A stretch of DNA of 24,479 nucleotides, taken from the NCBI GenBank assembly GCA_039680575.1, contig JBDKSP010000108.1, positions 1-24,479 on the forward strand. Direction: 5' to 3'. The DNA comes from Armatimonadota bacterium (lineage in GTDB: Bacteria > Armatimonadota > UBA5829 > DTLH01). Every line of letters starts with the position of its first letter. The first letter of the stretch is position 1. Both the position numbers and the translations under genes were made by a program. Below the pieces are notes generated by a model. It searched no databases. It was given only the letters and a program-made list of their open reading frames with translations, and was not told where the DNA came from. Below, one piece after another: positions 1 to 8,591 of the stretch.

Positions 1-163
1 TCTGCATAGAAGTCCCGTAATCATCCTTTTTCTCGTATCAATACTAACAATCCCGCCATTTTTCCAGACCAATCCTATACACCCGATAATCATATACAAG
101 CTCACTGTCTAAAAACGATGCTCCTGACAGAAGATGGATAAAAGTGATGTGTGCTCCGTAACG

Positions 164-172
164 TGCTATAAT
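164..172 (+). promoter_or_regulatory. Extended -10 promoter (TGCTATAAT) for hemC, probably leaderless
   Basis: TGn-TATAAT ends 7 nt before the ATG at 180; no Shine-Dalgarno sequence is present. Confidence 0.65.
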
Positions 173-179
173 ATCAATT

Positions 180-1127
180 ATGGTTGAAATCGCGGTCGGC
201 ACTCGCGGGAGTGTGCTGGCGCTTACGCAGGCAAACTGGGTGGCCGATGAGATAAAACGTAATAACCCCGAAGTCCGTACCCGGATAGAGATTATCAGGA
301 CCACGGGCGATAAAATCCTCGATACCCCGCTTTCCAAGATCGGGGACAAGGGGTTATTTGTCAAAGAAATAGAGGCCGCGCTTGCCGATGGGCGGATAGA
401 CGCGGCGGTCCACAGCATGAAAGACCTGCCGTCGGACATGGCTGAAGGGCTTGCAATCGGCGCAGTGCCTCCGCGTGTCGACCCGAGCGATGTTCTTTTG
501 TCGAACAAAGGACGGCTTTTCGACCTGCCGCCGGGCGCAAAAATAGGTTCGTCCAGTCTCCGCAGAAAAGCTCAGATCCTGCATGTACGGCCAGACCTGA
601 CTATCGAAGACTTGAGAGGCAACCTCGACACCCGTATCAGAAGGCTCGAGTCCGGCGATTACGACGCTATCATCCTTGCATATGCCGGTCTTTATCGGTT
701 AAAGTGGGATGGTAATATTGCCGAGCGGCTCCCGCACGAGATATGCCTTCCCGCCGCCGGTCAGGGCGCGCTTGCGGTAGAGATCAGAAAAAACGATCCT
801 CGCACAGCCGGGATAGTGGGAAAACTGGACGATCAGGGGACGCGGGCTGCCGTAACGGCCGAACGCGCACTCCTTTCACTGCTCGGAGGTGGCTGTCAGG
901 TCCCGATAGCCGCGCTTGCAGTAGAGAATGAGGGAAATTTGACGCTTAATGCGCTGGTTGCGAGCTTGGACGGCAGTGAGATCGTCCGCGCGGAAGAAAA
1001 CGGGAATATCGCTGATGCCGCTGCCCTAGGCGAGCGCACGGCGAATCTATTGCTCGATAAAGGTGCAAAAGATATACTCTCAAAGGTCCGTCAGGACCTC
1101 AGCCCGACCGGTATGGGGGCTGCTTGA
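180..1127 (+). CDS. hemC: Hydroxymethylbilane synthase (porphobilinogen deaminase)
   Basis: Motifs GTRGSxLAxxQ, GDKGLFVKEIE, AVHSMKDLP, GSSSLRR, LRGNLDTR and LGGGCQVP (cofactor-binding Cys). Confidence 0.98.
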   Translation: MVEIAVGTRGSVLALTQANWVADEIKRNNPEVRTRIEIIRTTGDKILDTPLSKIGDKGLFVKEIEAALADGRIDAAVHSMKDLPSDMAEGLAIGAVPPRVDPSDVLLSNKGRLFDLPPGAKIGSSSLRRKAQILHVRPDLTIEDLRGNLDTRIRRLESGDYDAIILAYAGLYRLKWDGNIAERLPHEICLPAAGQGALAVEIRKNDPRTAGIVGKLDDQGTRAAVTAERALLSLLGGGCQVPIAALAVENEGNLTLNALVASLDGSEIVRAEENGNIADAAALGERTANLLLDKGAKDILSKVRQDLSPTGMGAA

Positions 1128-1154
1128 TGAGTGGATACAACGGAGTTTGATTAT

Positions 1155-2738
1155 ATGAAGATGGAAGTGGATGTGCTGGTGCTGGGCAGCGGGATAGCCG
1201 GGTTGTCTTTCGCGCTCAAAGCGAGCCGGCATGGCAAGGTGGCGCTCGTTACCAAGAAGAACGACACTGACTCCAATACAAACCATGCTCAGGGCGGAAT
1301 CGCGGGTGTTACGGCCGAAGATGATTCTTTCGACCTGCACATCCGGGACACCCTTGTCGCGGGCGCATGGCTCTGCCATGAAGATGCCGTGAATATCCTT
1401 GTAAAAGAAGGACCTGCACGGATTCGTGAGCTGATAGACTTCGGAGTCCGCTTCAGCAAGGAACGCGACTCGAAAGGGAAGCTGCATCTCGCGCTTGGGC
1501 GGGAAGGCGGCCATTCCAGACGAAGGATTCTTCATTCCGCCGACCTCACCGGGCGGGAGATCGAGCGCGCTCTGGTAGCGAGCACGAAACGCGATGAGAA
1601 TATCCGCCTCTTCGAGCACCATATAGCCATCGACCTTATATCGGACGGCACGCGCTGCCGAGGCGCGCATGTCCTCGACCCGGACACCGGCGATATGACG
1701 ACTATAACCGCGAAGGTGATAATGCTCGCCACCGGCGGCCTCGGCAGGGTCTATCTCCACACGACGAACCCTGAGATAGCGACCGGCGACGGGGTTGCGA
1801 TGGCCTACCGCGCGGGCGCAAAGGTCGCGAACATGGAATTCATACAGTTTCACCCGACGACGCTCTGTCATCCCGGCGCGCGCTCGTTTTTGATAAGCGA
1901 AGCAGTGCGGGGCGAAGGCGGAGTCCTCAAGCTACAGGACGGCAGCACATTCATGGAGCATTATCACGAGATGGGATGCCTCGCGCCGAGGGATGTGGTC
2001 GCCCGGGCGATAGATGCTGAGCTGAAAAAGAGCGGCGACGAGTGCGTGTACCTGGATATCACCCATCTCGATGCTAAAAAAGTCAAAGAGCGGTTCCCGA
2101 ATATCTACGAAAAGTGCCTGTCGGTCGGGATCGATATAACGAAGGACTGGATTCCGATAGTCCCGGCGGCGCACTACTCCTGCGGCGGCGTTCTGACGGA
2201 TGTAAACGGACGGACCAGCCTGGACAGGCTCTATGCCTGCGGTGAAGTGGCATGCACAGGCGTTCATGGCGCGAACAGGTTGGCATCGAACTCGCTGCTT
2301 GAGGCAGTAGTCTTCGCACACCGCGCCGCGGATGATGCAGGAAAATTATTGAGCCATGCTGAAGCTGCCGTTGGTCCGCCGGCAACGGAATACCCGGAGG
2401 AGCAGCATAAGGACGAGGTTCCGAAGGACGCCATACAGGAACTGACCGTGAAGCTGCAGACGGTGATGTGGAAGTACGTCGGTATCGTCCGCACTGACGA
2501 GCGGCTGAACAAGGCGCTGACACACGTCCGGTATATCCTGTACGAAGCAGGGGAGATGTATGAGCACTGCAGGCTGACTCCTGAGCTTCTGGAACTCAGG
2601 AACCTGGCACAGGCAGCAGAACTGATCGTTCTCTCAGCGCTCGACCGCAAAGAGAGCAGAGGACTGAACTACAACCTCGACTATCCTAACCTCGACGACA
2701 AACTCTGCAAGAAGGATACGGTGCTTGTAAAAGAATAG
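1155..2738 (+). CDS. nadB: L-aspartate oxidase
   Basis: GSGIAG FAD motif, AQGGIA, REGGHSRRRILH, QFHPT, FLISEAVRGEG, LAPRDVVAR, HGANRLASNSLLE and ESRG. ATG at 1155 is preceded by GGAG (1142-1145); the ORF is open from GTG 1131. Confidence 0.96.
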   Translation: MKMEVDVLVLGSGIAGLSFALKASRHGKVALVTKKNDTDSNTNHAQGGIAGVTAEDDSFDLHIRDTLVAGAWLCHEDAVNILVKEGPARIRELIDFGVRFSKERDSKGKLHLALGREGGHSRRRILHSADLTGREIERALVASTKRDENIRLFEHHIAIDLISDGTRCRGAHVLDPDTGDMTTITAKVIMLATGGLGRVYLHTTNPEIATGDGVAMAYRAGAKVANMEFIQFHPTTLCHPGARSFLISEAVRGEGGVLKLQDGSTFMEHYHEMGCLAPRDVVARAIDAELKKSGDECVYLDITHLDAKKVKERFPNIYEKCLSVGIDITKDWIPIVPAAHYSCGGVLTDVNGRTSLDRLYACGEVACTGVHGANRLASNSLLEAVVFAHRAADDAGKLLSHAEAAVGPPATEYPEEQHKDEVPKDAIQELTVKLQTVMWKYVGIVRTDERLNKALTHVRYILYEAGEMYEHCRLTPELLELRNLAQAAELIVLSALDRKESRGLNYNLDYPNLDDKLCKKDTVLVKE

Positions 2739-2751
2739 CTTTCAGCTATCC

Positions 2752-2887
2752 GCTTGCTCGGTAGGGATTTGCAATCCCTACCATGAGGCATCTGCGATGC
2801 CGGGTGTAAAAAGCTATAATTACACATCCGGGATCAGAGATCCCTTTTCTGCCAGTCCGGGCTGTATTGGAATGCAGCCTGAGAGAG
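2752..2887 (+). repeat. Multi-hairpin REP/REPIN-like element, copy 1
   Basis: Inverted homolog of 6891-7041 with a 40-bp identical core (2796-2835 = reverse complement of 6948-6987). Five consecutive hairpins, starting with GGTAGGGATTTGCAATCCCTACC. Confidence 0.85.
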
Positions 2888-2932
2888 TGGTGGAGACCTA
2901 CACCATCCCTACTATCGCCTATCCCCCAACCC

Positions 2933-3523
2933 CTATCCCCTCAATTTACGCTTACCTTTGGTTCGTAAAACAACTGTGGCGAGAGTTGCGATCCAGATGA
3001 TGTAGCTGAGTATGTTCGGGTGGAGCCCAAGTGCGAGGAGTCGGGCGGTCTCGAAAACCGCTATAGTCCAGAGTATGATGCGGATAATCCCTGCCCGCCT
3101 GACTGGAGAGGCACCGATCAGCCAAAAGATGAAGAGCGCTGCCGCAAGGACCGTGCGTTTTGCCTCGACTACGGCGAGATGAGCGCCTATCGGACCGGAC
3201 ATGGCGTGGCTTACTCCTGAAAATATAAACGAGAGACATAGCCCTGACGTAATGGCGAGCCACAGCCAGACCAGGGATTTTCGGGTTCTCTGTGGGAAAG
3301 ATCTCAGGCCGGGTTCCATATGAAGCGCCGTTTTGACGGCAAACGCAAGCCCGCACAGCCCGCAAACAACGAGAAAACCCGATGCTTTGAGTGCCATGAC
3401 AAACCGGACGAGGACAACAACGGTAATTAGGAAGATGCAAAGCTGCGGCCAGGGGAATTTTCGTATACGCTTCTTTGGTGATATGTTTCTTGATTCGGCC
3501 TTTGGGCTCTCAGTTATCTGCAA
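2933..3523 (-). CDS. Hypothetical integral membrane protein (about 6 TM segments)
   Basis: 196-aa ORF with alternating hydrophobic stretches and basic termini; the TTG start is uncertain. Confidence 0.65.
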   Translation of the reverse strand: MQITESPKAESRNISPKKRIRKFPWPQLCIFLITVVVLVRFVMALKASGFLVVCGLCGLAFAVKTALHMEPGLRSFPQRTRKSLVWLWLAITSGLCLSFIFSGVSHAMSGPIGAHLAVVEAKRTVLAAALFIFWLIGASPVRRAGIIRIILWTIAVFETARLLALGLHPNILSYIIWIATLATVVLRTKGKRKLRG

Positions 3524-3597
3524 CTACATAAATCCTGAAGAATAGATGAACTCCTCTTAGACACCGAAGGCCTGGTATCCTTCTATTCGGGGAGAAG

Positions 3598-3978
3598 CTA
3601 TTTTAAGCCCTTCCGCACAGGCTCCAAAATATATATAGCAATGAGCAGCGCTATTATTGAACACACGACTTGCAGCATTAAAGTCAATGTCTTCCTGGAT
3701 GCTTGCCTTACCTGAAACTTTTGCTCTCGGATGGCATCGTCATCATTACCCGCGTCGCTGTACGCATATTTGAAAAAGCGTATAATTCTTGTGATTGCTC
3801 CCTCGGCTCGCATGGAAGTCTGCTGCCAGTTATTCAGCTCTGGACGCTCCGTTTTCAGATACGAAATGAGCTTTGCTGAGGCTGCCCGCAGGCGTACGCC
3901 AGCCGCAATAGCAATCGGCACGCAAACAGCCACTTGTATGCCTAATATATATTCAAAAACCCTGAAGGGGTTAATCAT
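3598..3978 (-). CDS. Small hypothetical membrane protein (2 TM segments)
   Basis: N- and C-terminal hydrophobic helices; SD GAGGAG precedes ATG 3978 (ORF open from GTG 3996). Confidence 0.7.
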   Translation of the reverse strand: MINPFRVFEYILGIQVAVCVPIAIAAGVRLRAASAKLISYLKTERPELNNWQQTSMRAEGAITRIIRFFKYAYSDAGNDDDAIREQKFQVRQASRKTLTLMLQVVCSIIALLIAIYILEPVRKGLK

Positions 3979-4014
3979 GGATGCTCTCCTCTTCACCGCA
4001 AGGCATTGGGCACA

Positions 4015-4716
4015 TTAGTGCAATGAACTGCCGGAATTCCATATGCAATTTTTCAATTCTTTTGGAAGTGTAGCATCGCAAATAATACTTAGTGACTGTT
4101 TTCCCGCCTGTTGCTGATATATCAATTCCCCAAATCGGAATTTACCGTCAGCTGTCCATAGGTCGACTTTATTCTTATCCCGTTTTTCCAGCTTGATGTC
4201 GACATTGGTGATGGAAAATGCCAGAGATATGTTGAAGGGATCTGTTTTACCAAAACGATAGGCACAAACTAGAGACCGATGTATGCCTGATCCCCATGAG
4301 TATATATATACAAGCTCATCCTTTGAGTCCTTGTCGATATCGCATACACACATATCCGTCAGTCCATGTCCACCAAATCCGGTGCACATTGGATAAACTT
4401 TTCCATTCTTGACCAGGTATGCATCGATTTCAGAGATACTCTCCGTATGATCCTTTAGTTTGAACACCTGTACATGCAGTTGCTGCCAAATATCCTCAGT
4501 TGTAAGCTCTTTTAGTTTCGGCTGATTATGCCAATAGCACCGGTCTCTATTCTTTTTGACCCAATCCTGCACCAACTTTTCTGCCTCATCGACAGTGAGG
4601 CGAGTATAAGCTGTATTTTCAGCTGAACAGCAGCCAACTAAAGGATTTAGAATAAGGCAAGAACAGATCAGAATTAATAAAGAAACAACTACTGCGAACC
4701 ACCTATTACGGGTCAT
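4015..4716 (-). CDS. Hypothetical exported protein or possible lipoprotein
   Basis: Strong SD AAGGAGG, hydrophobic N-terminus with LVGC, and a Ca-binding-like DIDKDSKDELV motif; AT-rich. Confidence 0.8.
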   Translation of the reverse strand: MTRNRWFAVVVSLLILICSCLILNPLVGCCSAENTAYTRLTVDEAEKLVQDWVKKNRDRCYWHNQPKLKELTTEDIWQQLHVQVFKLKDHTESISEIDAYLVKNGKVYPMCTGFGGHGLTDMCVCDIDKDSKDELVYIYSWGSGIHRSLVCAYRFGKTDPFNISLAFSITNVDIKLEKRDKNKVDLWTADGKFRFGELIYQQQAGKQSLSIICDATLPKELKNCIWNSGSSLH

Positions 4717-4837
4717 GCTACCAAACCTCCTTTTAATAGATTAGACCCACATCCAGGTGAGAACCTTCACATTGATCTGATTATTTTCTATCATTGTCCT
4801 TCTGCCTAAGGATAAACCACCTGGTACCCATTGCCGC

Positions 4838-5917
4838 TTACACTTTGAACCTGATATACATTATGTCGCCGTTTTGGACGATGTAGTCCTTCATGTAAAG
4901 CTCGACTTTACCGGCGCGTTTGGCCTCGTCCCATCCTCCGGCGGCTTTTACGTCGTCGAAATGCCCGACTTCTGCGCGGATGAACCCGCGGGCGATGTCG
5001 CTGTGGATCTTTCCTGCAGCATCGACGACCGTCGTGCCCTTGGTGATGCTGTAGGCCTTCACTTCCGGCTCGCCTGCGGTGTAGAACGAAATAAGCCCGA
5101 GCGAGCTGTATGTCTCGTTTATCAGCCGGTATCTGGCCGGTTTTTCCAAACCCAGTGCTTCGAGATACTCTTTCTGCTCCTCTGCGGGGAGTTCCGCGAC
5201 CTCTGCTTCGACTTTTGCCGATAAAACCAGCATAGGTATGCCGGATTCGTCGCAGTAGGCCTGAAGCTCCTTGACCGCCTCGTTTTCAGTGTTCCCGATC
5301 TCGTCCTCGGTGATGTTCGCTACGACTATCTGTGGTTTCTGCGACATGAAATCGTAGCCATGGACCATTTTTTCCTGGTCGGGGGTCATATTGAGCGATG
5401 CAAGCGACTTGCCCTCCTCCATCGCGTCCTTGATCTGGTTCAAAAAGTCGCGTTCCATCGTCTGCGGAGTAGTCGCGTCCTTCTTAGTGCCATGGAGCGA
5501 TTTCTCAACTCTCGCAATCCGTGTTTCGACCGACTGAAGATCGGCCAGGAGCAGCTCTTCGTTCAGCGCGCGGGCATCCTTTACCGGGGTCGGCGCTTCT
5601 CCCGCAGGGCTAGTAAACGCCCGGACGATATGGATCAGCGCGTCAGCCGCGCGGACATCCTGGAAGAAGTCAGAACCGAACCTGCCGCGCTGGTCATCCC
5701 CTATCTTTGCCGCCCCGTCGATCACTTCTATCGTGGCGGGGGTGATCTTCTTTGGATGGTTGGTCTCTACGAGCCAGTCGAACCGCTCATCGGGGACCGC
5801 AACGACACCGATGTTGGCTTTCCCGCCGTATTCGTCTACAGGCGCCTGGCCTTGTGTTATCGCCTTGAAAAGCGTCGTCTTTCCTGTCTGCTGCAGGCCT
5901 ACAATCCCGACTTTCAA
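4838..5917 (-). CDS. ychF: YchF/Ola1-family P-loop ATPase (OBG family, C-terminal TGS/DUF933), divergent
   Basis: GIVGxxxxGKTTLF, VAVPDER, ELLLADL, LSAKVEAE and AAGKIHSDIARGFIRAEV. TTG start with GGAGGT SD directly after the panC stop. Confidence 0.9.
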   Translation of the reverse strand: MKVGIVGLQQTGKTTLFKAITQGQAPVDEYGGKANIGVVAVPDERFDWLVETNHPKKITPATIEVIDGAAKIGDDQRGRFGSDFFQDVRAADALIHIVRAFTSPAGEAPTPVKDARALNEELLLADLQSVETRIARVEKSLHGTKKDATTPQTMERDFLNQIKDAMEEGKSLASLNMTPDQEKMVHGYDFMSQKPQIVVANITEDEIGNTENEAVKELQAYCDESGIPMLVLSAKVEAEVAELPAEEQKEYLEALGLEKPARYRLINETYSSLGLISFYTAGEPEVKAYSITKGTTVVDAAGKIHSDIARGFIRAEVGHFDDVKAAGGWDEAKRAGKVELYMKDYIVQNGDIMYIRFKV

Positions 5918-6769
5918 CTATTTATTACCTCCGATGAGCATGTTATCTATTAACCTGACCGAGCCTATCCTAACGGCAAGCGCGACCAGTACTTTGTCAA
6001 CCATCTTGTCGATGGGAGCGAGCGTTTCAGGATCGATTACGGCAACGTAATCGATTTCCGCGAGCGGCTCAGCCTCGATTATATCCGATACGGCGCGATA
6101 TATGCCAGCGGAATCCTTAGTCCCATTCTTTACGGCTTCTTTTGCGGCGTTCAGCGCACGGTAAAGAACAAGCGCAGCCTGACGCTCCTCCGGTTTCAAA
6201 TATGCGTTCCTTGAGGACATCGCAAGCCCGTCCGGCTCTCTGAAAATCGGCGCCGGGACGATTTCGAGCTTCACATTCAGGTCTCGGACCATCTTTTCTA
6301 TCACCTTCAACTGCTGATAGTCCTTCATACCGAAGTACGCGCGTGTCGGCTCGACGGCCGCGAAGAGCTTGAGGACCACGGTAGCGACTCCACGGAAGTG
6401 TCCCGGCCTTGCAGCCCCTTCCAGCATACTCGTGACACCTTCGACATCGACATACGTGCCGAACCCCTCCGGGTACATCACATCGACACTCGGAGCGAAT
6501 ACCACGTCGACTCCGGCCTCGCGGCATTTTTCGATATCCGCTTCGATAGGTCTTGGATAACGCGCGTAGTCTTCATTCGGGCCGAACTGGGTCGGGTTGA
6601 CGAAGACGCTGACGACGGTGAAGTCGCCGTGCTCTTTAGAGTTTTGTATGAGTGATAGATGTCCCGCGTGGAGCGCGCCCATCGTCGGGACCAGCCCGAC
6701 TGTCCGCCCTTCTTGTTTAGCTGCGGGGATTATCCTCCGCAGGTCTTCTATCCGTTTCGCTACTTCCAA
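5918..6769 (-). CDS. panC: Pantoate--beta-alanine ligase
   Basis: VPTMGALHAGH, SVFVNPTQF, RPGHFRGV, FGMKDYQQ, REPDGLAMSSRN and RLIDN. Likely TTG start at 6769 (ORF open to 6811). Confidence 0.97.
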   Translation of the reverse strand: MEVAKRIEDLRRIIPAAKQEGRTVGLVPTMGALHAGHLSLIQNSKEHGDFTVVSVFVNPTQFGPNEDYARYPRPIEADIEKCREAGVDVVFAPSVDVMYPEGFGTYVDVEGVTSMLEGAARPGHFRGVATVVLKLFAAVEPTRAYFGMKDYQQLKVIEKMVRDLNVKLEIVPAPIFREPDGLAMSSRNAYLKPEERQAALVLYRALNAAKEAVKNGTKDSAGIYRAVSDIIEAEPLAEIDYVAVIDPETLAPIDKMVDKVLVALAVRIGSVRLIDNMLIGGNK

Positions 6770-6890
6770 TTTCTTGCCTTTCGTTTCTTTAGCCGTAAAG
6801 CTTTTTATCACGAAAACAGGTAGTAGGCTTGTATAGCTTGGTGACTCATCAAACGAGTGTAATTGCAGCCCTTTCAGCAGGCAGTTTCTG

Positions 6891-7041
6891 CTCTCTCACT
6901 CGGGCTGTATTTACAATGCAGCCCGGACAGGCATAAGAGGGATCTGCGATCCCGGATGTGTAATTATAGCTTTTTACACCCGGCATCAGAGATGCCTCAT
7001 TTGCCTCTCCGGCAGGGATTGCAAATCCCTGCCAAGCAAGC
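6891..7041 (-). repeat. Multi-hairpin REP/REPIN-like element, copy 2
   Basis: Reverse complement aligns to 2752-2887 with a 10-nt insertion (GGAGAGGCAA) after hairpin 1. Confidence 0.85.
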
Positions 7042-7054
7042 AGAATTCTGTCTC

Positions 7055-8494
7055 CTATTCCCTGTTCCCTTTTTTAACCGGCTGCGTTATCTCCGGCAGC
7101 TTGAGCGGCATGCGTAGGTCGAGCGGGGTGAGCTGCTCGATGGCTTTTTTCCAACCATCCGGTCCCGACGATATCCTGCCTGCCAGTGCCTCATCGATTT
7201 CCTTTACTTTACTTATAGCGTCGTCTGCTTCCTTGGCGTTTCCTTCTAAAGTATAAGCCTGTGCGAGCGCGATATAGGCAAGAGTGCCCTCATACTTTTC
7301 CTTTGTTGCCGCTTTTGCGGATTTGACCGCATCCCCGTTCTTCCCAAGGCGCAGATATACGAGCGCGAGCCTTGCGTCAGCATCCGCAAAGTCTCGATTG
7401 CCCTTTTTGGCTTTTTCGAAGTCTTTACGGGCATCATCATATTTACCCTGCATATAGTGGACCGTGCCGATACCTGCCTCAGCCAGCAGGTCACGCCTTT
7501 TTAATGCCTTGACCGATGTTTCGATCTCATTATACTGCGCAAGCGCCTTATCATAGCTCCCGGACGCGGAAAAAGCATGAGCCAGATAGAGTTTTACATA
7601 AGAATCGTCCGGAATATATAGTAATTCCCTTTGAAAGTGCTTTATGGCTTCGGCAGGGTCTGGACTGTCTTCATCCTGATATGCTCTTGCGCCTCTTACC
7701 ACCTCCATTACCGGGTCTACCTTGTGAAGCGATACAAAGAGCGCTGCAGCCCCAGCCAGGTTCAAGACGAGAAGCGCAATGATCAAGCTGTTCCGGTAAC
7801 CGGTGCCTCCTGCAAGTCTCGGCAGCATTTTGGCGGCAACAATCAAGGCAATAATAACGAGTAGGGACAGCATAACTTGGCTCGGTATGGTACTCTCAGC
7901 AAGAGAAGGGATATTCGTGGCAATCACAGGATACGCTGAACTCAGATAATACTTGACAGCGTATGAAAGCAGCATCATTTCCCCTGCAAGCGCAGCAAAA
8001 AATGCCCCTATCGCCTTCCATATCGAGACCTTATTAGCCTGCTGTACGCCTATGACGGAGACGATCATCGCCCATATGTATACAAATGTACTAATTGGCG
8101 CAAGCGGTTTGTACAGGCCAACAAGCGTGATGGGAATAAAAACACAGTCAGCCCAGGCAAGGACAGTAAGCGTCTTGATGAAATCCCCTTCTCCCTGCAG
8201 ATACTTTACGATTTGGGAGACGATTAATGTGTTTATCAGAAGCAGCCCAACAGTCCCGGCTGGATTTGCGAGAAGGTAAAGCGAACCTTCTTTCAGGTAG
8301 TAGAAGTTATAAATCACTATTCCGTCTGAAACCAGCGCTGCAATAACGGCTATGATGATCCCGGCCATGACAAGTTGCCTGTCCAGGATCTCCTCAAACG
8401 CATCTTTTGGCGAGACGATAACCGCGAGCGCGAGCTTGAGTAAGGAATGCTTACCGGCAGCCTGTTCCGCGTTAAATTCCTGAGATTTCAACAT
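7055..8494 (-). CDS. Yip1-domain membrane protein with C-terminal TPR repeats
   Basis: N-terminal SPKDAFEEI and about 7 TM helices, then TPR-like repeats (LAHAFSASGSYDKA, IGTVHYMQGKYDDA, LALVYLRLGKNGDA, LAQAYTLEG). ATG 8494 has a GAAAGGGA SD. Confidence 0.85.
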   Translation of the reverse strand: MLKSQEFNAEQAAGKHSLLKLALAVIVSPKDAFEEILDRQLVMAGIIIAVIAALVSDGIVIYNFYYLKEGSLYLLANPAGTVGLLLINTLIVSQIVKYLQGEGDFIKTLTVLAWADCVFIPITLVGLYKPLAPISTFVYIWAMIVSVIGVQQANKVSIWKAIGAFFAALAGEMMLLSYAVKYYLSSAYPVIATNIPSLAESTIPSQVMLSLLVIIALIVAAKMLPRLAGGTGYRNSLIIALLVLNLAGAAALFVSLHKVDPVMEVVRGARAYQDEDSPDPAEAIKHFQRELLYIPDDSYVKLYLAHAFSASGSYDKALAQYNEIETSVKALKRRDLLAEAGIGTVHYMQGKYDDARKDFEKAKKGNRDFADADARLALVYLRLGKNGDAVKSAKAATKEKYEGTLAYIALAQAYTLEGNAKEADDAISKVKEIDEALAGRISSGPDGWKKAIEQLTPLDLRMPLKLPEITQPVKKGNRE

Positions 8495-8562
8495 TGAATT
8501 GGTCCCTTTCGGTCTCTTTTGGGTGATTCGCAGATATGATAGTGTCTGAACTGACCGTGGCA

Positions 8563-8591
8563 ATTATAGGCGAGCAGTAGAACAGTGTCAA
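8563..8591 (-). promoter_or_regulatory. Consensus sigma70 promoter TTGACA-N17-TATAAT for the Yip1/TPR gene
   Basis: Minus strand reads TTGACA ctgttctactgctcgcc TATAAT. It overlaps the ORF-track start at 8563, which supports the later start at 8494. Confidence 0.85.

Noticed and set aside
1..30. Possible start of a minus-strand gene at the window edge (ATG at 7)
   Set aside because: Only two codons are visible, so it cannot be supported.
1080..1871. 263-aa - strand ORF and similar antisense ORFs over hemC, ychF, mnmG, tsaE/B and the phosphatase
   Set aside because: They overlap well-supported genes on the opposite strand, as expected in GC-rich DNA.
2797..3000. Small ORFs crossing the repeat copies (also 6863-7117)
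   Set aside because: No SD or protein-like features, and the frames diverge between copies outside the core.
2933..4837. Integron cassette array
   Set aside because: No RYYYAAC...GTTRRRY attC boxes recognised in the spacers and no integrase.
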